Source: Epiperipatus broadwayi (lineage: Eukaryota > Animalia > Onychophora). Taken from it: a DNA stretch of 64,000 nt. Under the pieces are notes generated by a model that saw nothing but the letters and a program-made list of their open reading frames with translations, was not told the DNA's origin and made no database searches. Numbering within the stretch: the first letter of the stretch is position 1; every line of letters starts with the position of its first letter. The stretch spans positions 1,240,001 through 1,304,000 of the forward strand of contig JAQFVV010000011.1 of the NCBI GenBank assembly GCA_028023455.1, in the 5' to 3' direction. This document shows positions 12,290 to 25,759 of this stretch, one piece after another. The position numbers and the translations under genes are program-made.

Positions 12290-14000
12290 CTAAAAGCCGT
12301 GTATTGTTGGTCCTCTGGATGAAGCTTGATTTGGCAGTAATTGGCGATCAGATCGAACGTTGAGAATCTTTTACCTTTAAACTTCCCTTACAACTCATGT
12401 ATGGGGGATGAAATGTTACAGTCTGGCACTGTTACTCAATTTAGTTGCCTAGCATCAAGACATAATTTGACAGTTGCATTTTTCTTTTTGACCACCACCA
12501 ATGGGTTACAGTATGGTGATGAACATTTTGAAATGACTTTCCCCCCATTCCATCATTTGGCTTATTTGTTTTTGCACTTCTTCCCTATACTAATGTGGAA
12601 TAGAGTAAAAATGAGATTGCAACAGATGATCCTATTTTAATTTAATTCACTGTTTGAAACCCAAGATTATTCTTGGCACATCCGAAAAATTCGTTTATAC
12701 TTTTCTAACATCTGCTTGAATGCTTCCTTCCCCTTTTCATTTGCTATTACTGCTTCTTTTACCTTTGCCTCAATAACCTACTTTGTTTCTTCCTCTTCTA
12801 TTTGTATCACCCCAATTGATCTATATAAATTTGATGTAAATGTTATTGCCTCCCTCTCACATGTGAACTGTTCCATTCCGAAGTCTATGGCACATTTGTA
12901 CCTATGCAAAAAGTCTGACCATATCAGAGCATCATGAATCAGGTCCTTCATGACTAAGAATATGTGCGAGAATGATTTTCCAGTTATTTGTAAATCTATC
13001 CATACCTGTTTAGGTTCCACCCTTACTTTTTTTATTGTAAGCCATCCTCATCTGGACTGGTTTTATTGGGAAATTTTGAACACTAGACTGTCTGCTTATA
13101 ATATGAACATACCCTTCCTTCAACAATACCAAAGTTTGGCTGCCAGAATCTACTAATGCCTCAACTTCCTTCCACACAATAATTATCCATGTCTTAGGGC
13201 AGGCTTAACTCACATAATTTGGAACCCAGACCTCCCCTGAACATACTAAATTTCCTGTATACCTTTCTTTCCTCCACCTCCTTTTTATCCCACCTTCTTT
13301 TATATTCATTGATCTTGCTTCTGCCTGTACAGACTCCCTGTTTTCTCCTTTTTGCCATTGCTTGCTAACTTCTACTTGCTATAGTATCTTATCAATTTCC
13401 TTTGCTAACCCCTCTTTTGTTCTTCCTATTCTACCAATTATTTATCCTGGGAAATTTCTGCAAATAATACAGACAATCTGTCTTTCTGATAGTACACCAG
13501 CTCTCTTAACCTAGTCACTTGGCACCTAAAGAAGTGAATGTAAGCCTCTTTCTCCTCTTTGCAAAACTTTTGACCAATGATGTAGGCTTTAATATACTCT
13601 TGCTATTCTTCATTCCAAAACATGTTCTTTATAGACATTCATATTCTTGGAAAGCTTCTGGTTGGATTAACAGTGACTCTCATCAACTCTGGGCATTCTC
13701 TTGAAGGTGGATGTGTGCCACTATTACTTTACTATCTTCCCCAATCCTATGGCCACAAAAAATCTCTTCAAGCTTTTTATATGTTCTCCAGATGTCTTTC
13801 CTTTCCTTCCTTTAAATATCTGTATTTTGATCAACTCATTCACTTTGCTATTCATATACATCATTGTTTTTCCTATATTTATGTATATATTTATGACAGT
13901 CAATGCACTAGGCTAAATTCTCAACCCACAAAGTACTGTGCTACATATATAAATTTTCCTATTTCTCTAAAATCCACTCTAATATATATCTTCTGATTTC
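12290..14000 (-). mobile_element. Ty3/Gypsy internal remnant: gag-like region, aspartic protease, RT N-terminal half
   Basis: Protease VEALVDSGSQ (DSG at 13142-13150) and HDALIWSDFL (LG.DFL-like). RT SSPYCNPLVVVKKKNATVKLCLDARQLN and FSTFDL..YCQIKLHPEDQQYTA. Stops and frameshifts; truncated near 12290. Confidence 0.9.
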
Positions 14001-14166
14001 CGCTTCTTAAGACAAACAAAATAAATCATAACACTTCAATAACATTCTCTTTTTAATTATCCGCCCCCCCTTTAAAAATAAATATAACTCTTTTATTATT
14101 ACTTGACTCTTATATCCTGTCCCCCATACTTTCTACTCTTTGAAAGCCCCTTAGTTGGGAGGCCCT

Positions 14167-16568
14167 TGTAATGAAATCAACTCTTTCACTCACAGCTATA
14201 TAGCTATTTTAACACATGCAAGATTGCAATATATCTGATTATTACAGTAATTTGAAACTTATCTAAAACTCTACACAATAATAACAATATTTCAGTGAAA
14301 AGAAAACAAGCCCTTTTACTCATGACAATATAGCTAATTTAATATACATGAGGATGCAATATATATTTTTATCATGGTACTTATATGTTTCTCTAAAAAC
14401 ACTACATAATATTTAATCATATTCTTCATACAAGCACCAATCTTATTTACATAAGAATTATGCTGAAAGTCTGGCCCCTGGCTAGTTCACTCGGGGTAGG
14501 TGGTACTTAAACCATGAGAAACATATAGGAAACAGCAATAATCAGGTATTCAATTAATTTAACTAAATAATTACTACACATATTGAAACAGTAAGGTCTG
14601 CTTTGTAGATCTTCATTTCACCTTTTCTCACATATTTCCTACCCTCATACTTTAGTTTGAACCCCAATCTATCGTAGTGTGTCTGCAATACGCTTATATA
14701 CTGAAAATCCCACCTAATTTTAAACCACGAGTACAATGCTCGTATTATATATATAACTCATTCCCAAATAAATAAAAGATTATAGATTATGTATATGTTC
14801 ACATAATTTTGATTTATTAAAAAGTAGGTTATATAAGTCGTAATTGCGCACACACTATGATATGTATTTAAAACATATCAAAATTATAAATTGTTAAAGT
14901 TATTTTGTTTGAATCTATTTACAAATATATTACCGTCGTAATATATTTTGATTTAAAATAAAATTCATTTAGTAAATATTCGTTTAGTAAATAGATTCAA
15001 ATATTGTAATGTAAAAGTAAAATAATTTTCGTTTGATTTAATAAAAGTCACTCCAAATATTTCTGTTAAAATAAATGAGGGACAATAGTTTAATTAGTTA
15101 ACGTTATATAAGTTTATCTAAAAACAGCAGATGTCCATTTAAGGTTTTCTTTAATTAATAAAAGTAAATTTTAATTGAATCTAGTTTGTAATTCGAATGT
15201 CGACAGGGAAATTAACAAAAGAAATTAATTAAGTTGAATTCCTTTAGACATTCGGATAGATTTAATTACAGCTGATAAGTCCGATATATTTTTGTAATGC
15301 TCCATGGCAGTTCTATTGTTAATTTCTACTATAAAAAGGAGGGTTTTCTTTTGTTCTCCATTCTAATGTTTCTAAGAGAAATCATTCTGAGGTCTAATGT
15401 TTCTAACCAAAATTATTGTAGTAATTTGTAAATCTTGACATGACAGAGTAGAGCGCAAGAAGGCTATTTCTCTGCGGAATGGTCATATGCTGCCGTAGAC
15501 CATCGGAAGTTATAACATAAGGAACCCCGAAACTGCTGCCGCTGCCAAAAATATGAACATTTCCAGATTTTGTTGTTAAATTATATAAAAACCTGCCAAC
15601 CATCAATCTACCCAAAATGCTTCTCCAGAGGTAACCCTAAATTAACCCAAAAGCTCTTGTGATAACTAACATGCTATAGCTATTTTAAATTGTTTTTTGA
15701 TATTTCACATAACTTCATTATGTATTTCTTTAACGTGTTTAAATATACTCAACATTTTGCTCTCTATCCTTGGGTTAATATTTTCTATTGATTAAGCTTT
15801 CTGTTATTTTATCATGATAATGTGTCAGAATCGTCTTTGACCGAGTGAATTATTCCCTTTGATGAAAATAAGATGCCGCTATGAAGGCATATTTTAAATT
15901 TCTAAATAAATTTCCAATTTTTTTTATCTTGCAAATCACTCATTCGAGGGCAATTCTTTTCTTTAATATATAATATAATCACACAGTTTAAAATCTACAT
16001 GTTATTGATTTTAATCTAATATGAGAGTATGTGCGAGATAAATGATTAAATGTGTCCCCTAATGCATGATTGCGTATATAAATCTGTACTTACTTTTCAA
16101 ACCCGCAAGTGTGCATTTTCCTATTTTAATTACCATGTTCTACTTTAATTACAAAGTTCATCATTGACGTCGAGAATGTGCGGACTCTTTTAAATGAATT
16201 TCTGGGAATTTGATTGGGTATATCTCTTAATCCAAGTAAAACCCATTCAGTATGTTTTATATACACTAGTCTCGTATTGATGGTAAATGAATTGGTTGTT
16301 GAGACCACTTTGTTTTACTTTTCCAAGGATTCTTTACACGGCCAAGTCCATTCTCTTCGCTTATTGCGGTTTCCAGGCAGAGTGTGTCCACAAATGACAT
16401 ACCAGGGAATTAAACGCAATCGTCACCCAGTCACTAAGTTTCGGCTGTTCATAAAAATACTTTCCTACGGGTTAGCGGCGAGATGCCCTCCATAATCATT
16501 CTGGATCTTCAGTATTGTTTTATTTTATATTTATTTTTACAAAGCATCCGTGACTTAAACGTGTCACA
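14167..16568 (-). mobile_element. Long LTR-like element X1 (2402 bp) lying between two Gypsy internal remnants
   Basis: TG...CA ends (tgtaatg at 14167; gtgtcaca ends 16568). On the minus strand it is preceded by a polypurine tract aaagttgggggg (16569-16580) and followed by a degenerate PBS-like agggcctcccaac, then gag. The left boundary is less certain. Confidence 0.65.
15397..15662 (+). pseudogene. Decayed homolog of the unknown ~116-aa LTR-borne ORF (ORF-B) in X1
   Basis: One frame 15420-15662 reads SNL*ILT*QSRAQEGYFSAEWSYAAVDHRKL*...KTCQPSIYPKCFSRGNPKL, collinear with 48488-48838. TATAAAAAGG at ~15329 lies upstream of an ATG at 15397. Confidence 0.5.
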
Positions 16569-16579
16569 CCCCCCAACTT

Positions 16580-17330
16580 TAATAAATTCATTATCAACAA
16601 TACTGACCTCCCAAATGTAACTTTATTATTATTATCGAATAAATGCTTTGATCACATTCCCACTTTGTTGCTTAGTAAGCTTTTGTCCGTGCTATTCTCG
16701 AAGTCAATAAATATTTTAGAACACTTAATTTTCAAATATTTTCTTAAACTTGTATAATTGCTCAAAGCACCTTGCACATGTTCCTATCTCCTCAAGCACA
16801 TTATCGTAATGCTATTAGCCCGAGGAATAGAATATATCACTTTGCTTTAAAACCTTTTTGTCATTTATTGGAATATAATGCCCACAATTATTTAATACGC
16901 GTCCCTGTCTCATATAAGCAGACAGTGGCATTATATATATATTTTATATAAATAAATTTTGTGAAATTATTTAAAACTAAATTTGATCTCTTATTTTATT
17001 TGATTCCTATCACTGTCTTGGTCTATATATATATTTCCTGCATTTCTTTTGTAAATCCATAGACGTTAATTAGCCACCCAAACTTCTTTTAATATAGAGT
17101 CTTTTGTTTCTCCCTGACCACCAGGCACCGGTCAAAGGTTATATTAGTAGTGGCATCAGATGCATTATCATGTAGATGGTGCTGTGAAATTTGGACTTTA
17201 GATTCAAACTTAGTATATCTAGAAGGTAACCCCTCCTGAAATGTTCAGTTTCATGTCTGGGGTTTGAATTCTGCTGTGTGTTAACAAGATAGATGATTCT
17301 GACTGTTACAATATGTATATTTCTTTCTTT
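16580..17330 (-). mobile_element. Heavily decayed, internally deleted Gypsy pol remnant upstream of the PPT
   Basis: DSILK..FGG*LTSMDLQK resembles the RT FSSMDL motif; HYDNVLEEIGTCARCF resembles an integrase HHCC remnant. Confidence 0.45.
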
Positions 17331-17859
17331 AACTACCTACATGAAATTCAAGATATAGAAACAACACAAATATTTCATTGAAACTTAATATTTAATATAA
17401 CAAATAAATAATAAAAAAAATCTTATTTGTGCCCAAATATTTTTATAAAATACAAGCATACACATATGTTTTACAGACAAGCAAATCAAATAACAAAGAG
17501 AGAAAATAATGTTCAATCAATCCAGATGTGAAATATAATTTAATGATGAAGAGAACTGATCATAATATCATCATATAAAAGTCTTTAAACATCAATAAAA
17601 AATGTGTAATAATGTGTAAATGAAAATAATAACAATAATAAATTATATGTATTATCTGGAATTCTCAGTGGAAACTAAAAGATTCAGACTAGTAATGAAA
17701 ATGATTTCACTCGGTGCTATGGCCATTTAAGTTGCTCATCATTTATCTTTTTCACATGTGTGCAGTCATGTGTATCAGTTGTACTAAATAGAGCAGATGA
17801 CAAAAGGGAGCTTGGAAGTCTGGGTTCAAATACCCTATAATTATATATATATATTATTT

Positions 17860-18260
17860 AAATACATGTATATTGCAAACTTGGAAAATGACTGATGCTA
17901 TCAGAAACTATAAGTATTTAATACTGATGCCTTCAAAGCATAATGAGGGCCAATAATCAAAGATAGACATCTAATAAAGAATTACTGAAGCAAATGAAGC
18001 AAATTAGAGATTAGACATTGAAGATAAGCTGATGCACATAATGTCAAGATATTCCGAGAGTGAATTCTTTGTGCTCATTGATATACAAGAAAACTCAGAA
18101 TAATGAGAAAAACTGTGAATACAAATATTTCAGGGACTTGGAAAATAATAGAATGAGTTTAAATAGATTTGGCTAGGAAAAATTTGTTTGGAAACTTTTA
18201 TAAGGTCCATTTCTTATGTCATAAATTGTCGATTCTTTGAAAGGTTTTCTAATTCAATAA
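17860..18260 (+). mobile_element. Decayed RTE-like LINE C-terminal fragment
   Basis: NYKYL...RITEANEA spacing typical of the RTE post-RT region. Confidence 0.5.
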
Positions 18261-19769
18261 AAAAAGAATATTTTGAAACAAATAATATGAAATAATTTAA
18301 TGTTGATATATGCCTTAGGATGCTAATGAAAAAATAGAACTGAATCTTTTCAGTATAAGTTTATAAAAATGTAAAAATGGGTGAAATGATGTTCTGTGAT
18401 ACTATTTGGAAAATTCTATGTTAAGAGTCTCATGGTCTATAAGTTCACACACACCAAGCCACGCCCATCAATTGGGATTTCAAAACCAGATCAAACAAAA
18501 TTGAAATATTTTAATTTTGTTTTAGGTAGCTGTAGACAATCCAGTTAAGCACCCACCCACCCCAGTATTGGCCAATGAATAGATATCTAAGAGCTAAAAG
18601 GGAAACCAACGATGGGAAAATGCTCAGAACTTCACCACATCTGCAATTGGTGAGTACTGGATTCATTATTATTCTATGAGGGGACGCTGAAGAGGTCTTT
18701 GACCTGCAATGGTTTGTTAATAAAAAAACTTGTTTTACTTTATATATATATAATCTTTTTTAGTAAAAAAGACAAAATAAATCATATGAAAATGCGTGTA
18801 ATTTTTAAAAGTCATATAATTTCTTCTATATTAAAGAAAATTTAAATAACATGTTTTTAAAAATGTTCGCTTCCCCTATGATGTGTGGCTTGAGGCTTCT
18901 GTCTTTTCTACTTTTGTGAAAATGTATATTTTCAGAATCTAGTTTTTGGTCTTTCAATTAAAAAAAGAAAATATATATTTTATAATTTCTTTATTTTGGT
19001 AATCTTCCTCTTCCCTCTAATAATAATCTTTTTTTTTGATTTGTTATTAAACTCATCAGTACAAAAAAAACTGTCTATCAAATTAATTGGAAATCAAATG
19101 AATAATGTACATTCGAAATTGATGTGCAATATTGTAATTGATGGAGATTATAGTAATTAAGTTTGAGCTGAAAAGTCAAATAATTCTTAGAATTATAAAC
19201 AGATATGGAAACTATCACTAATGTTCTTTAAATAATATATATATATTAAATTACAGGTTATAATCAGTGTTTCCATTAGAGACAATTAAATAACAATTGT
19301 TTAAAAAGGCAGCTATGTTTAAATGTATAGTTACTACTCATTATTTATTTGTTTTTTATATACAAGAGTTACGGTTTGAAATTTATTTTGTTTGTATGTT
19401 GGAAAATATACTTATTTATAATTATAATCATTCTTAATATATAATATTACGGTTGATATTGACATATAAAATATAATAAAAATGTAAAATATTTACAGGT
19501 CTTTAAAGAAGGCTACAAGTTGGCTAAAATAATTAGTAAATTAAAAATAAAAACTGCTTTAAAAAGCGCAAATGAAAGAGTTGCATTAAAAAAACAAAAT
19601 ATTGATTATTATATTTAATTAATTTTTATTATTAATTTAAAAAAAATTGAATTCTCTATTTTATTAAAATATCTGTACATCATTACCAGAAAAATAAAGC
19701 CTGATAAAGGAGTTTTAAAAAAATGCAAAGTATTTATCACAATTTTGACAAAGTTCGTATCTCAAGAAA

Positions 19770-19820
19770 AAAATATCATCGTCGTCGTCGTCATCATCAT
19801 CATCATCATTATTATTATAT
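19770..19820. repeat. (TCG)n(TCA)n(TTA)n compound microsatellite
   Basis: Read directly from the sequence. Confidence 0.9.
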
Positions 19821-19859
19821 CTGTAGATGTTTTTGTTAGTAGTGGTTGGGGAGAGTAAC

Positions 19860-20385
19860 GGTTATTATCATTATAACCTGTTCTACACTTGCTCAGTTCT
19901 GACCAACACCTGTAACACCTTGATGAACACCTACAGACAAGCTAACATCTCAATCCAAAACCTTATTAATTCTTATTGAAAACAATTATTTTCTTTCAGT
20001 TCATGCAGTGACATTTGTGTTATTCACTTTCTAGTGCACACGCTGCATCTTCTGCCTTCGGAATAACAATAGACACCACCCATCTACCTTCATTAACAAA
20101 CTACAACAGTTGAGAGCATGGGATGCTAAATTTGCCTATTCAGACATTTTTGCTACCATTTGATCACTGCTTAAGCATCATGCCAACCTGTAATAAATAC
20201 CAAGTACTCAGACAGCAAGTAGAAAATCTATGAATTCCAAGAACCTCACAAGATAACTTCACCAACCGACTTCAAAAGAATTTTGAATGTGCAACAAATG
20301 GATAATAAGTTTTTGCCATGACTCCCAGACCTTATGTATTTCACATATAACTTTTTTGAATCTTAAATAAAGTTTATATTTTGAA
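19860..20385 (+). mobile_element. Decayed LINE 3' end (zinc-knuckle remnant, AATAAA)
   Basis: H..C..YQVLRQQ-like segment at ~20160-20220 and aataaagtttatatttt at ~20366. Confidence 0.35.
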
Positions 20386-22999
20386 TCATCATCATTATCC
20401 ACCACCACAGCAAGACTAATCATCACTCACAAGACAATTTTCAAATGTCTGGGTTTGTGTCTTAAAAAACAATCAAATATCTGCATACTTTGCAATAAAA
20501 GTAATAATCAATAATAAAATTTCAGAACAATAAAAGTAAATATTGATTCACATTTCAAACTAGTTAAAATAATTCTATTTAACAATAAATTATTTTTTAT
20601 TGACAAAAATTGAAAAAATGGCTGCTAGGTATTTTATCTTAGGTATTTGCTGCAACCCATTTTTATATTTTATATTATTAATCACAGTGAAGTTAACATA
20701 GTCCTGCCATGATTTCAGCTCTAAGTCTCTAAAAAAAGAAGAAGCAATGTATAACTTATATTTCCCAGTCCATAAGGTTCTAGAAAGCAGGGTTTAGTGT
20801 TATATTTTCCAGCCCCTCCACAGGAGTAGAGCTTTGCAAAGAGTTTTGTATTACCTTTATCAAGGGTTGTAGTAGCTTAAAGTGTCTCAAATGAGGTAGT
20901 CCTTATGTTGTTCATGGTTATTGTATACTTATAGTCCGATGGCTGAATTCTTTACCTATCTCAGATTTACAGGTCACTATTCATTCTGTTAATTGTCAGA
21001 TGTCTGTCAGGTCTCTAAAGAAATTGATGAGTACATAGTTTGAGGTATGACTTTCTTTTGATTATACATGTATATTATGTAAAATATTGTTAGATAGGTG
21101 TTTCATTTTTCCTCAGAGGGGGGCAATGTAACTGGTTGATTTACATGGTACACAACAACATAGTTGTGTGTGCATATATATATATATAGTAAAGGAAAAG
21201 TAGAAATAAACAGAATATAATTTTTTGTTAGATATTTTTCTACATTCACTAGAAATAACAACTATAAAGGGTTAAATAAGATTTAAAACAGAATTTTATT
21301 ATAAATTAAACCATTTAAAAAGGTCTAAATAAATATTTTTATTGAATTCTGATTGTGAATTTAAAAACAAGCATGTTAATCTGATAAATGTAAAAGTATC
21401 TATTATCTATCTTTGAAAATCTTTTAATTAATACTTGTATACATTTCTTTATCTACTTTTAAAAATCTTTGTAGATTAAAAATTCCAAAAAGTAGCTATC
21501 AATTAAAAATGATTTGAAAAGAATAAAAACATCAATGACACTTTATTGAAAATCTAAAAGTATCTGTTGATGAAAATTGTTTTTAATCAAGATTAGACAA
21601 ATTGAAAAGTCTGTAATGTGTTTTTATCATCTCAGCTGGAAATATAAAAAGAGCTGACAAAAATATTATTTTAGTTGGCTTTAATATTTTTGAAAAGCAG
21701 CAGGCCAAATTGGCCAGCTACAAAGTTTGGTTTGTAGTTTGACTAATATTTTTGTAGGAGTAAGCTGCAGTTTGTTGGTAACTGTAGCAGAGGGTGACAA
21801 AAGTAAAGCTAGCTGAAGAAATGGCTAGCAGAGTTATATAGAAATGTGCATGAATCAGATGTAATAAAGCAAAGAAGCAGCTGCTACAGTTCAGTGGTGA
21901 AGTTTGAATTCTCATGGAGGATTTTACCCACTTCTTTGTGTTGAAATTCATAGCTACAGATATGTGCTAAAAAGACAGTTGCTTGTCTAAATCAAAACAG
22001 CTTGCAGGCCTGAAGCCTATCAAGCCCTACAAAAAAGAGAGCCCTAGCATGCCAACCAATTACCTGAATTATACCTATCTCAATGATGGCAATCACCAAA
22101 TCCAAGCTCACAAAGAGAGCTTGATGAAGAAATTGTTATACATATGCTGTCATTTATCTATACATAAAGGGAATCACAGATAAACATATCATGTGTATAT
22201 ACAGTGAATTATTTTATTTTAATATTTTTTTAGTCTGAAACGACATTTTAAAAATTAGAGATTTATAAAACAATTTTTTTTTGTTTTTTTTTCTTAAAAG
22301 GAGACATTTTAAAAATGAAACAAACACAAATAATTTGGTTTAGATTTAAAAATCAAAAAGTAAAGAATAAATTATTCTAAAAGCATAATAATGAATTAAC
22401 ATAATCTGTTAAAAACTGATTCTATTTTTTTTTAAAGAAAGAAATCTAAAACAAATCTTTTAGAGGAATCTGTCAAAAAATATTAAATAATAAAACATAT
22501 CCTGCTGGAGGATTTAAATTTTATCAGTGGTCAAGAAATTGATATTTTTAAAAAAAAAAGAATATTAAACTATTATAAAAGAATTAATTACATATTGTAA
22601 AATTAATAATTTTATTTTGACAAAAATGAAATATATGTATAGACATTAGTGTGTACCAGCAATTCAATATGTACAGACAAGTATGTTAAATATGTTATTT
22701 AATCATGTATTTTTATTTTATGACAATTCAAATATGTTTATTTTTTTAAATAATATATCAAATGCTTGTGTGTGGATATATGTAGGTGCTTTATATGAAC
22801 ATATATGTAAACTACCATGTAATAAATTTAACTTTATATATTAATCATTTTAAAATCAATGTAATAATTTGAATTTTGTATAGTAATCCAAACCAGAAAG
22901 CTTATATATGTATAGACATATTCTAAAGATTTTTAATAGCCTTTTTTTGTTATCATTATTAATAAACTTGTATTCAGTTGTTAAAATTATTCCAGTAAC

Positions 23000-23600
23000 T
23001 AAGTTTTTAGAATATTATGTAAATCATCTCTTGATCACTGCAGCAGTTATAGATCTCAGGTTCACTGAGGTAGATTGATGCATAACAGTCTGATTATGTA
23101 AATGAGGATGTATTTTTAGTGCTGGGGCCTTCAGTTGACAAGAGTACTGTTTTGGTGCAAGAAAAATATTCTTCAAAGCTCTTAGTCTTATTAGAAATTA
23201 AGTTTTAGACTGGCCAGTACACTAATGGTACTAAGTGGCCAGAGCATTGATGATGATCAGCATGTTTTAATATCCCATTATTATTTTTTGGTTGTATTCT
23301 TATGGATTAGTGGTTAGTTGGTGCATCCAAGTAATGGTTAAATAATTGCCCAAGCTGACAAAGGCTAAATGGTTGGCCTGGTCTACAGTAGACCCATTTG
23401 AAATCCAGCCACAAGATAGAACTGTTGATTTATTGTATTGATGTATTTTTATTGATCATTCATGATGATGAATGGTTTTTTATTGCTTGAGTGTTACTTA
23501 TACTTATTGATAATGCTGGTTGATCTATGGTTAATGATACTTTTAGTTGCTTTAAGGAGTTAACTGGATGATCTCTGAGAGATTTCAAGATCTCTCATGC
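23000..23600 (-). mobile_element. Decayed LINE RT fragment
   Basis: Minus strand AGF(Q)..GSTVDQANHL (GFRxGRSTxDQ motif, ~23370-23410), followed by a weak VDLxKA-like segment. Confidence 0.45.
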
Positions 23601-25429
23601 TCCTTTAATATATAACATTATATATATTGTACCAATATCATATCGTACATATATAATTTTTGGCTAAAATTATATTAAAATAAAATTCTCATAAACAATA
23701 CAAACGTTTCTATAGTTATTTATAAAAATCTAAAGAGTTTTTTATTTAACAAAATGCAGTTGGCTTTTGAAACGTAAAACTAAAAGTCTAAAGAGTTTTT
23801 ATTATTATTAGTAGTAGTTTAAAATAAAAGTTACAATTAATTAATTGGAAGGGGGGGGGAGGAAATTAAAAGTATATCAGTTTAAAATATAAATATTTTA
23901 CATAAAAGATTTATATTATCTCTTTGCATTTAATTTAAAGAAAATAAGTCTTTTCCCATAGTTTAAAGAAATGCAAATATATATGTATGTTAATCGTGAA
24001 TGATTGTAAACATAAGGATTGATAAAATATATATGTGAGTGTTTAATAATAAGGAATAAATGAAAGTTAAAAAATATTGTAACACATAATTTGCAGTAGC
24101 TATGAATTAAACAAAATCCACAAACAATAAGTTTGCAATGGTTGCTAATTAACAGATTAAACAACAGGATTAAAAGCTTATCTAAGATTTTCAACAACAA
24201 ATATAGCTGGAAGATACCAAAATGACAATAGGTCATCCTAATAAATAGTCTAGTTTTTTTCATCGGACAAACAGTTGAGTTCAGATAACACTTCAGTTCA
24301 ATCAATTAATCAGTTCAGATAACAACTCAGTTCAAATTACAATCAGTCAATCAATCAGTCAATCTATTATGTATCCAGAACCAGAGACCATGCAGTGCTG
24401 AGCAGCTTTTAGAAACATACGACCTTGTTTCAGCCCTTAGTCTAAAAGATCAGCAATTTACCCAGGAAAGTGATGCCTTTCTAACAACTTGAAAAATTGC
24501 CAGGAATATTTAACTGTATCTAAGAATAATGCCAAAGAATACTAAGCATAAAACCTCGAATCCAGCCGGCTGGAAATATTTTCAGTGAAGTAACAACCAG
24601 CAAGAAGACAAAGTCCTATTGAGAATAAAGTCTACAGCAATTAGCAAGAAGTATCCATGTTCTAAAATCCTAGGTAACAACATTTTCTTATTTCCATTTA
24701 AAGTAGCCATTGCAATAATTTAAAGCCTCCCAGAGTCAAGTAATAATGAACTCTATAGCATGCATAAACAAACTATTGATGTGCATGTTTTGAAATGTCA
24801 TGTAGGAGAATACTTTTTGTTATATTATATTGATTTCCTGTGTATTTAAATACCACGTATTATTTAATGCTTATCTTATAGTTTATTATATGAATTCAGA
24901 TGTGTGTGCATAGTCAGTATATGTAATTATCATTGTCTAAGTTAATAAGTTCTCATAAGTAATTTAAAATTAGAATAAATGTTTAGAAAATAAATTTATC
25001 TTAAGCTTAATTTTGTCAGTCAATTCTTTTTACCATTAATTCAAGCAACAATGTTGTCCTTGTATTACTTTGCTGAGCTAGTCATGGGATATTTCGAGTG
25101 CTGGATTATGGCCTACTGTACAAACACGTTAGTTCTAGTAACTAGCTGGTGCCCGGGGTTTACTCCGAAACAAATAAAGTGTTTGGATAGTAAGGGTTTG
25201 AACCTAGCAGTCGAGGTGGGCCACAGTCTGGAAATGTGATCGTGTTATGCATCTGACTATGGGTGTCATTGTTTACCTCTACTATTGATGGTATTCTTCC
25301 CTCTGCTCAAAGAGCCGGTTCATTCATGTAATATTTATAATATAAAATTATAAATTTATGATAAATAAGGTTTAAACCCAGTTAAACTGTGTAAGTAGAC
25401 TGGATCTTCATCAGTTTGGACCCGGCACA

Positions 25430-25676
25430 ATATATATAGTGATATTAAACATTACTTTAATATCATACTTCCTTTAATATCTCTGAACTGTAATATTCCT
25501 TGCTTAAATATTTTATATCTTATATATCACTAAATATGGGGTATTAATCTCCTCTCTTCTTTGGATGTTGCTGGCCTGACCAGTGATAGTACTAGCATTG
25601 GAAATGAACATGGATCCTTAGATTCTAGAATATTGAATTTTAAGATAATGTGCTAACCAATTGAGCCACCCTTCCA
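25430..25676 (-). mobile_element. tRNA-derived SINE family B
   Basis: Minus strand ggtggctcaattggttagcac (A-box) ... gatccatgttcatttcc (degenerate B-box), then a shared body. Repeats at 31280-31620, 32800-33410, 36690-36900 and 52160-52400. Confidence 0.75.
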
Positions 25677-25759
25677 CAAGGCAACAGTCAATAAAAATTT
25701 CATATATTTACTTATGAGGTTTCTCCTTATTTTTCTACTCTTTTCTAAGAGCAATGTGG

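Noticed and set aside
15403-15615. Minus-strand 70-aa ORF in X1 as the conserved LTR protein
   Set aside because: Cross-element motif conservation is clearer in the opposite (+) frame; this ORF is probably its antisense shadow.
23916-24305. 129-aa ORF and similar hydrophobic F/I/L/Y-rich ORFs in the track (e.g. 4629-4865, 33372-33686, 41384-41653, 42439-42738)
   Set aside because: Composition reflects AT-rich non-coding DNA or the antisense of decayed TEs; no domain motifs.
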